Shown here: piece after piece, positions 57,527-64,000 of the stretch
Position numbering within the stretch: position 1 is the first letter of the stretch
Layout: the number at the start of each line of letters is the position of its first letter
Assembly (NCBI GenBank): GCA_035506135.1
Contig: DATJPY010000103.1
Span: 3,448 to 67,447, forward strand
DNA length: 64,000 bases
Direction of reading: 5' to 3'
Origin: Myxococcota bacterium
Lineage (GTDB): Bacteria > Myxococcota_A > UBA9160 > PR03
Translations under genes and position numbers: made by a program
The notes under the pieces: model-generated
Told to the model about the DNA's origin: nothing
What the model saw: only the letters and a program-made list of their open reading frames with translations
Database searches by the model: none

Positions 57527-58963
57527 CACCTCGAGGATCCGCAACGTGGCGTGGACGCCGCGCTCGAGGTTGTCGACCGAGATGCGCTCATTCGGCCCGT
57601 GGATGCCGCGCGTCTCGCTCGGCGGGAGCCAGCGCGGCACGAAGCCGTAGGCGACCAGGCCGAGGTCGCGGAAGTAGTGCGAGTCGGTGAAGCCGGCGAT
57701 CACGCGCGGCAGCACCCAGGCGCCGGGATCGAGCTCGGCCGCCACCCGCTGGATCGCGTCGAACAGCTCGCTGCGAGAGGGCGAGCTGCGCGTCTCGAAC
57801 GAGAGGACCGGGTCCACCGCGATGGTCGGATCGGCGACGGCCGCGCGCAGCCGGTCGAGGAAGGCGTCGCAGCGATCGCCGGGCAGGAGCCGCACGTCGA
57901 GCGCGGCCTCGGCCGTGTCCGGCACCACGTTCACGCTGCTGTGCGAGCCCGCGGAGAGGACGGTGATCGAGATCGTGTTGCGCACGAGTGCGGCGCGCGC
58001 GGGGTCGGCGAGGAAGCGGCGGCGGAACTCGGCGTCGTTGGCGAGCGCCGCCGCGAGGTCGCGATAGCCCGCGCGGTCGGCGGGATCGGCGATCGGTGCC
58101 AGCGCGGCGAACATGCTCGCCACCTCGGGCACGACGCGCAGCTCCATCTCCATGTCGAGCCGCCGCACGCGCTCGAGCGCGGCGACCAGGCGAGGCACCG
58201 CGCCGTAGGGGCCTGCGGTCGAGGCGTGGCCGGGCGCGCCGCGCGCGACGAGCCGCGTCCAGCAGGGCGACTTCTCCGAGACGTCCACGCCCCAAACGTT
58301 CGGCGCGTTGCCGTCGCCCTGCAGGATCCCGCCGCCCTCGGTCAGCAGGAACTCGGCGCCGCCCAGAAGCTCCTTGTGCTCGCTCGCGATGAAGCCGGCG
58401 CCGTCGCGGCCGCCGGTCTCCTCGTCGGGCGTCGCCAGGAAGATCACGTCCCGGTCGAGCTTCGACTCGCGCCGCGCGAGCTGCATGAGAGCGAGCAGAT
58501 GCACGATGGCGACGCCCTTCGCATCGAGCGCGCCGCGGCCGACGACGTACCCGCCCGCGACGAGCCCCGCGAACGGATCGACGGCCCAGCCCTCGCCCTC
58601 CGCCGGCACCACGTCGAGATGGGAGAGGAGGACGATCGGGGGACGCTTTCCGGTGCCGGGGACGCGGGCCCACGCCGCCGCCCGTCCGAGCGCCGACACT
58701 CCCTTGGGGGTCGGGACGACCTTCGCCTCGATTCCCTCGGCGGCGAGGATCCCCACGAGCTGCTCCGCAAGCGGCTTCTCATCTCCAGGTGGGTTCACGG
58801 TGTCGATGCGGATCGCCTGCGCCAGCAGGGCGGCCGCAGCGCCTCCGAGATCCTTGTTCGGATCCGGATAGCTACGCCCCTGGAACGGCCAGACCGCCTC
58901 GGCCTCGGGCGCGAGCAAGAACGGCAGCAGGAAGATGGCAACGAACCGGCGCGTGTTGCGCAT
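57509..58963 (-). CDS. Secreted M20/M28-family metallopeptidase
   Basis: Starts at the internal ATG (MRNTRRFVAIFLLPFLLAPEAEA signal). Contains LLSHLDVVP, GRGALDAKG and ATPDEETGG. Its 3' end overlaps the aminotransferase gene by 18 nt. Confidence 0.85.
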   Translation of the reverse strand: MRNTRRFVAIFLLPFLLAPEAEAVWPFQGRSYPDPNKDLGGAAAALLAQAIRIDTVNPPGDEKPLAEQLVGILAAEGIEAKVVPTPKGVSALGRAAAWARVPGTGKRPPIVLLSHLDVVPAEGEGWAVDPFAGLVAGGYVVGRGALDAKGVAIVHLLALMQLARRESKLDRDVIFLATPDEETGGRDGAGFIASEHKELLGGAEFLLTEGGGILQGDGNAPNVWGVDVSEKSPCWTRLVARGAPGHASTAGPYGAVPRLVAALERVRRLDMEMELRVVPEVASMFAALAPIADPADRAGYRDLAAALANDAEFRRRFLADPARAALVRNTISITVLSAGSHSSVNVVPDTAEAALDVRLLPGDRCDAFLDRLRAAVADPTIAVDPVLSFETRSSPSRSELFDAIQRVAAELDPGAWVLPRVIAGFTDSHYFRDLGLVAYGFVPRWLPPSETRGIHGPNERISVDNLERGVHATLRILEVLGGAP

Positions 58964-59082
58964 CCATCCCCGCAGTGACGTAGGCGTCACGACCTTATGA
59001 ACAAGTGTCACTTACAGTTGCACGCCGGCGTTGCCGATGCGCTAACCGTAGCGTCCGCGCCGAGGGGACAGGAGGGGGGCCG

Positions 59083-60603
59083 TTGCGCGTCTCGGGAGAC
59101 GTACACGGCGACCTGCGGGTCGGCCAGGGGGACTTCTGGAGCCGCGGCCATGCCGTGGCAGGATTGGTGTTGGGGATCGCGCTCGCCGTCGCGTTCTCCA
59201 CCTTCGTCGGGAGCTACCACCCGCTCCGGCGCGCAGAGCCCACCCCGGTGCTCGGACCGCTGCTTCCTGCCCCCGAGCCCGAGGAGACCTCGGCCGTCCC
59301 CGAGCCGCTGGCACCGCCGCTGCTCGCGGAGGTGCCCGAGGTCGAGGCGAGCCCCGTGCCCGACGCGCAGGCGCCGGCCGTGGCCGTTGCGGACGCACCC
59401 GCGCCGCCGGCCGCGCCGTCCGCGAGCACGCCGGTCGACCCGACCGCAGCGCGTCCCGCCGCTGCCTCGATGCCGATCGACGCCGTGGTCGAGGACGAGC
59501 TTCGCTCGGGCGACACGCTCTCGACCGCGCTCGAGCGCCACGGCATCTCGGCGGCGACCGTCGCCGTGATCGGCCGCGAGCTCCGGCCCTACTTCGACTT
59601 CCGCCGCGCGCGCCCCGGCCACCGCTTCCGCCTGGTGGCGGGCGCCGAGGGCTCGCTGATCTCGTTCCACTATCGCGTGTCGGACAAGGAGCGCTACTGG
59701 CTCGAGGCCGACGGCGAGGGCTGGAAGGCGTGGCGCGCCGACGCGGGCGCGGTGCGCCGGCGGGCGCGGCTCGCGGGCACCATCTCGACCACGCTATTCG
59801 ACGCGGTGCGCGATCTCGGCGAGACCCCGCAGCTCGCGTCGGACTTCGTCGGCATCTTCGCCTGGGACGTCGACTTCGCGAAGTCGGTCCATCCCGGCGA
59901 CGAGTTCCACATCCTCTACGAGCGAAACTACGCGCCGCGCGCCGAGGGCGGCGGCGTCGAGAAGTACCTGGGTCCCGGCCGCATCCTGGCCGCGAGCTAC
60001 AAGAACGCGGCGGGCGTCGAGCGGTCGGCGGTCTACTACGAGACCGAGCCGGGGCACGGCGCCTACTACCGGACCGACGGCAGCTCCGTGAAGCAGACAT
60101 TCCTCGCCGCCCCGGTCAACTACAGCTACATCAGCTCGACGTTCAGCCACGCCCGGCTCCACCCGATCCTCGGCGTCTGGCGGCCGCATCCCGGCATCGA
60201 CTACGCGGCGCCGATGGGGACGCCGATCTGGTCGGTTGCGGACGGCCGGGTCGCCTTCATGGGCTGGGCGGAGGGCTACGGCAGGCTCGTCAAGATCGAG
60301 CACGCGGGCGGCTACGAGTCCTACTACGCCCACATGTCGCGCTTCGCGCCCGGCCTCGCGGTCGGCAAGAGCATCCGCCAGAAGCAGGTCATCGGCTACG
60401 TCGGGATGAGCGGGCTGGCGACCGGCCCGCACGTCTGCTTCCGCGTCACCAAGGACGGGAGCTACGTCGATCCGGGTCGGGTGCGGATGCCGAGCGGGGT
60501 CTCGATCCCGGTGCGGCAGCGACAGGACTTCGAGACGGTGCGGGATCACCTGCTCGCGAGCCTGCGCCCGGCCGCGGTGGCCGCCACCGACGAGGCGATG
60601 TAG
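59083..60603 (+). CDS. M23-family peptidoglycan endopeptidase with N-terminal TM anchor
   Basis: TTG at 59083 lies 4 nt after GGAGGGGGG; the track ORF starts at GTG 59005, inside an AT-rich promoter-like patch. Contains HPGIDYAAPMGTPI and GMSGLATGPHVCF. Confidence 0.85.
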   Translation: MRVSGDVHGDLRVGQGDFWSRGHAVAGLVLGIALAVAFSTFVGSYHPLRRAEPTPVLGPLLPAPEPEETSAVPEPLAPPLLAEVPEVEASPVPDAQAPAVAVADAPAPPAAPSASTPVDPTAARPAAASMPIDAVVEDELRSGDTLSTALERHGISAATVAVIGRELRPYFDFRRARPGHRFRLVAGAEGSLISFHYRVSDKERYWLEADGEGWKAWRADAGAVRRRARLAGTISTTLFDAVRDLGETPQLASDFVGIFAWDVDFAKSVHPGDEFHILYERNYAPRAEGGGVEKYLGPGRILAASYKNAAGVERSAVYYETEPGHGAYYRTDGSSVKQTFLAAPVNYSYISSTFSHARLHPILGVWRPHPGIDYAAPMGTPIWSVADGRVAFMGWAEGYGRLVKIEHAGGYESYYAHMSRFAPGLAVGKSIRQKQVIGYVGMSGLATGPHVCFRVTKDGSYVDPGRVRMPSGVSIPVRQRQDFETVRDHLLASLRPAAVAATDEAM

Positions 60604-60702
60604 GGCCGCGGTCGCCCGCTTCTTCGTACCTACCGACTCCCCGCCGCCTGTGCGAGCATCGCGGCCCATGGGCGACGGCATTCCCCCCGCCGGGGCCTTT
60701 CT

Positions 60703-62070
60703 GTGACTCTCGATCGCACCGCGGCGAGCGAGCTCGATCGGCCGATCGAGTCGCTGCAGGACCTGGTCGACTACTTCCGCTCCGGCGAGAAGCCGCGCGC
60801 GCGCTGGCGAGTCGGGATCGAGCACGAGAAGCTCTCGCTCCGCAGCGGCGCGTGGGAGCCGGTCCCCTACGACGGCGAGCGCGGCATCGAGGCGCTGCTG
60901 CGGCGCCTCGCGAACGAGCCCGGCTGGCGCGCGCTCACCGAGGACGGGCACATCGTCGGCCTGGACGGCGAGGGCCTCGGCGTCTCGCTCGAGCCCGGCG
61001 CGCAGGTGGAGCTCAACGGCCGCCCGTCGGCGAGCCTGCTCGACACCCGGCGCGAGCTGGACGCGCATCTCGCGGGCTTGCGCCGCCTCGCCGAGCCGCT
61101 CGGCATCACGTTCCTGGCCCTGGGGGCGCACCCCTTCCATCCGACCAAGGAGCTGCCGCAGGTACCGCGCGAGCGCTACCGCATCATGCGCCGCTACCTG
61201 CCCGCGCGGGGCGAGCTGTCGCTCGACATGATGCACGCGACGGCCTCGATGCAGGCGAGCTTCGACTACTCCGACGAGGCGGATCTCGTCGCCAAGATGC
61301 GCGCGGCGCTCGCCGTCACGCCGATCGCCGCGGCGCTGTTCGCGAACTCGAGCCTCGCGCTCGGCCGCCCGAGCGGCTTCGTGTCGCGCCGGCTCCACAT
61401 CTGGCACCACACCGATCCGGAGCGCACGGGGCTCCTGCCCTTCGCCTTCGACCACGACTTCGGCTACGCGCGCTACGCCGAATGGGCGCTCGACGTCCCG
61501 ATGTTCTTCCTGGTGCGCGCGGGCGGCTATCGCCCGATGGACGGCAAGACGTTCCGGCGCTTCTGGCGCGAGGGCCACGAGGGCGAGCGCGCTACGCTCG
61601 CCGACTTCGAGCGCCATCTGACGACGCTGTTCCCCGAGGTGCGGCTGAAGCGGCTGCTCGAGGTGCGCAGCGCGGACGCCGTGTCGCCGGAGCTCCTCTG
61701 CGGTGTGCCCGCCCTCTGGAAGGGCATCCTCTACGACCCGGAAGCGCTGGCGGCGGCGAGCGCGCTCACCGGCGACTGGAGCGCCGAGCAGCGCGCCGCG
61801 GTACACGCCGATGTGGCGCGGCGCGGCCTCGCCGCCGAGACCCCCGCAGGCCCCGCTCCGATCGCGGTGCTCGCCCGCGAGCTGCTGGCGATCGCGCGCC
61901 ACGGGCTGCGCCGGCAGGCGGCCACCGGCGCTCCCGACGAGGGCGTCCTGCTCGATCCCGTCGATGCGCTGGTCGAGCGGGGAAAGAGCCCCGGGCAGAT
62001 CGTGCTCGAGCGCTGGCAGGGCGAGTGGGCGGGGAGTCCGGATCGCTTGATCGAGTACGCGCGCTACTGA
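60703..62070 (+). CDS. gshA: Glutamate--cysteine ligase, plant/proteobacterial type (GCS2)
   Basis: Collinear by eye with plant GSH1: RVGIEHEKL, SLEPGAQVELNG, HLTTLFPEVRLKRLLEVRSAD, ERWQGEW. Confidence 0.9.
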   Translation: MTLDRTAASELDRPIESLQDLVDYFRSGEKPRARWRVGIEHEKLSLRSGAWEPVPYDGERGIEALLRRLANEPGWRALTEDGHIVGLDGEGLGVSLEPGAQVELNGRPSASLLDTRRELDAHLAGLRRLAEPLGITFLALGAHPFHPTKELPQVPRERYRIMRRYLPARGELSLDMMHATASMQASFDYSDEADLVAKMRAALAVTPIAAALFANSSLALGRPSGFVSRRLHIWHHTDPERTGLLPFAFDHDFGYARYAEWALDVPMFFLVRAGGYRPMDGKTFRRFWREGHEGERATLADFERHLTTLFPEVRLKRLLEVRSADAVSPELLCGVPALWKGILYDPEALAAASALTGDWSAEQRAAVHADVARRGLAAETPAGPAPIAVLARELLAIARHGLRRQAATGAPDEGVLLDPVDALVERGKSPGQIVLERWQGEWAGSPDRLIEYARY

Positions 62071-62120
62071 TAGATTCCTCCGTCCAGCCCGGCTGCTTGG
62101 CGCGGCCGAGGAGGGCTTCG

Positions 62121-62669
62121 ATGTCACAGAGCTTCAAGATCTCGTTCTCCCTCGAGGAGAACGACATCGCGTACTTCCGCAAGATCTTCAAGGACGCGCG
62201 GAGGCAGGTCGAGGACCAGGACACCGAGCAGGTGATCTCGGCCGTCCAGGCCCTGATCGCGCGGGTGCGCGAGGCGAAGAAGACACCGAGCTTCGTGCAG
62301 GACGCGATCGAGGTGCTCGAGGACCTGATCAAGATGATCCACGACCCGGACTACGAGCTGCCCCGTCTCCAGCGCACCGAGGTGCTGGCCGCGCTGTCGT
62401 ACTTCGCCGACCCCGAGGATCTGATCCCCGACCAGATCCCGGGCCTCGGCTTCCTCGACGACGCGATCATGATCAAGATCATGGAGACCGAGTTCAAGCA
62501 CGAGCTGTGGGGCTACCGGAAGTTCGCGAAGTTCCGCCAGGGCGCCGAGCAGCGGCCATGGACCGTGGTCGCCCGGCAGCGCCTGCCGCAGCGGCTCCTC
62601 GACGAACGCAAGAGGATCCGCGCCGAAGTGGACCGCCGGAAGAAGGAGCGCCCCTTCTCCTGGTGGTAG
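62121..62669 (+). CDS. DUF1232 (YkvA-like) domain protein with basic C-terminal tail
   Basis: Contains YFADPEDLIPDQIPGLGFLDDAIMI. GC content is lower than the neighbouring genes. Confidence 0.75.
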   Translation: MSQSFKISFSLEENDIAYFRKIFKDARRQVEDQDTEQVISAVQALIARVREAKKTPSFVQDAIEVLEDLIKMIHDPDYELPRLQRTEVLAALSYFADPEDLIPDQIPGLGFLDDAIMIKIMETEFKHELWGYRKFAKFRQGAEQRPWTVVARQRLPQRLLDERKRIRAEVDRRKKERPFSWW

Positions 62670-62689
62670 ACTCCCCGCGCGAGTCCCCG

Positions 62690-63838
62690 ATGAGCACGCC
62701 GCCCCGCGCTCGAATCCTGATCGTCGACGACGAGGAAGCCATCCTCGAGACGATGGCGTTCACGTTCGAGGACGACTACGAGGTCCTGACCGCCACGAAC
62801 GCCCGCGAGGCGCTCGCGGTGCTCGACGAGCGCGCGCCGGTCGCCGCGGTGGTCACCGACCAGCGCATGCCCGAGATGACCGGCGTCGAGTTCCTGGCGA
62901 TGGTGTACGAGCGGCACCCCAACACCACGCGCATCATCCTGACGGGCTACGCGGACGGCGAGGCGATGGTGCGCGCCATCAACGAGGGGCACGTCTACGC
63001 CTACGTGACGAAGCCCTGGGAGCCCGAGGAGCTGAAGCAGCTCGTGCAGCGGGCGGTCGAGCTGCACCGGCTGCGCCTGCAGAACGATCGGCTGCTCGAG
63101 GACCTGCGCCGCGCCAACGTGTTCCTCGGCGCGGCGATCGACGAGATCCCGGTAGGCGCCCTCGTGGTCGACGCGGCCGGTGTCGTGCGCGCCGCGAACC
63201 GCCCCGGGCGCGAGTACCTCGGGCTCGACGCCGACCCGAGCGGCCGTCCGCTCGACCAGGTGCTCGACACCGAGCGGCTGCGCCCGATGCGGGACGTGGC
63301 ACAGCGCCTCGCGGGCGCCGAGGCGACGCCGTACGAGGAGCTCGAGCTCGCGGCGGCCGGCGTCTCGCTGCGCCTGCGCATCTCGGTGCGCACGCTGAAC
63401 GACGCGGCGGGGCGATCGCTCGGACGCGTGGTGCTGCTGCGCGAGATCTCTCACGAGCCGCTGCGCCGGCGCTTCGAGGAGATCCTGTCCGAGATCAAGT
63501 CGGCGCGCGACGCGCTGCGGGTCCGCCTCGAGCAGGCGCAGCAGGAGCTCGCCGGCTTCTCCGGCAAGGTGAAGCACAGCGGGATCGCATCCCCCGGGAT
63601 GCTCGAGCTCGAGGAGCGCATCTCGCGCACGCGCACTGCCATCGAGAACTGGCTCGCCGTCGACGACGCGCTGGTGCGCGAGGGATACCCGGACGCGCGC
63701 CTGCTGCTCGAGCGCATGCGCGTCGCCCTGGCGCGCTGGCCGCTGCCCGAGGAGATCCCCGACCGGGTCCAGGCGCTCGCGAAGCGCGTCGAGTCCTACT
63801 ACCAGACGGGCGAGAACCCTGGCCAGCCCGTCCTCTGA
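62690..63838 (+). CDS. Response regulator: REC, PAS-like domain and coiled-coil C-terminus, with no recognisable output domain
   Basis: ATG at 62690. REC domain ILIVDDEE..VVTDQRMPEMTG..KPW. PAS-like segment IDEIPVGALVVDAAGVVRAANRPGREYLG. Confidence 0.85.
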   Translation: MSTPPRARILIVDDEEAILETMAFTFEDDYEVLTATNAREALAVLDERAPVAAVVTDQRMPEMTGVEFLAMVYERHPNTTRIILTGYADGEAMVRAINEGHVYAYVTKPWEPEELKQLVQRAVELHRLRLQNDRLLEDLRRANVFLGAAIDEIPVGALVVDAAGVVRAANRPGREYLGLDADPSGRPLDQVLDTERLRPMRDVAQRLAGAEATPYEELELAAAGVSLRLRISVRTLNDAAGRSLGRVVLLREISHEPLRRRFEEILSEIKSARDALRVRLEQAQQELAGFSGKVKHSGIASPGMLELEERISRTRTAIENWLAVDDALVREGYPDARLLLERMRVALARWPLPEEIPDRVQALAKRVESYYQTGENPGQPVL

Positions 63839-63869
63839 GACGCGGCCGGCGCTGACGCCGCCGCCGTTC

Positions 63870-64000
63870 GTGCCGGTGCGCGGCCTCCCCGCGCCGAGCG
63901 GCACCGCGCCGCTCGAGCTCGTGATCGAGCGCCTCGACCTGCACGTGCGCATGACGTGGGCGTTCCACGCGCGCGAGATCCGCTTCGAGCGCAAGGAGGC
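63870..64000 (+). CDS. 5' part of an unidentified CDS running off the window
   Basis: Nearly all third positions are G/C in this frame (..PLELVIERLDLHVRMTWAFHAREIRFERKE). The start is uncertain (GTG 63870 or 63876). Confidence 0.35.
   Translation, partial: MPVRGLPAPSGTAPLELVIERLDLHVRMTWAFHAREIRFERKE

Overview
Very GC-rich window (about 70% or more by eye) that is densely coding on both strands. I support about 60 CDS and found no rRNA, tRNA, CRISPR array, transposase or integrase. The many very long extra ORFs in the six-frame track, mostly antisense, are high-GC artefacts. Gene calls rest on recognisable motifs, strong G/C enrichment at codon position 3, Shine-Dalgarno context and 1-4 nt start/stop overlaps. 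No searches were run. Content in order:
- A 5'-truncated MscS-type channel.
- A lipid or steroid side-chain beta-oxidation operon resembling the mycobacterial igr/ChsE-ChsH-Ltp2 set, preceded by a sigma70-type promoter overlapped by a TetR-class palindrome.
- A methyltransferase, a beta-carbonic anhydrase, a lipoprotein and glnS.
- A second ferredoxin-DUF35-thiolase module.
- Envelope genes.
- A phosphatase, MBL hydrolase, two dodecins, nucleotidyltransferase, YgfZ and DUF2064 cluster.
- Two tandem paralogous coiled-coil porins, then glnB, glnA and a WS/DGAT acyltransferase. The second porin, glnB and the WS/DGAT gene each have a sigma54 -24/-12 promoter.
- A translationally chained argH, lptM-like, dapF, dapA, dapB operon.
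- PBP1B, a TPR lipoprotein and lspA.
- iclR, a malic enzyme and a three-subunit acyl-CoA carboxylase.
- A nucleoside hydrolase, tatA and tatC.
- A sigma54 signalling module, described next.
- A ThyX-like protein, an aminotransferase, M20 and M23 peptidases, a plant-type glutamate-cysteine ligase, a DUF1232 protein and a REC-PAS regulator.

The most unusual element is the sigma54 module at 48.0-53.4 kb. It encodes a fusion of pseudo-receiver, degenerate AAA+ domain, HisKA and degenerate HATPase, followed by a canonical NtrC-type activator. A perfect sigma54 promoter with two GTTCC-N4-GGAAC palindromes then drives an HD-GYP response regulator and a PilZ protein, which sit directly upstream of tatA and tatC. 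The taxonomic guess (Myxococcota-like or another GC-rich proteobacterial lineage) is inference only.
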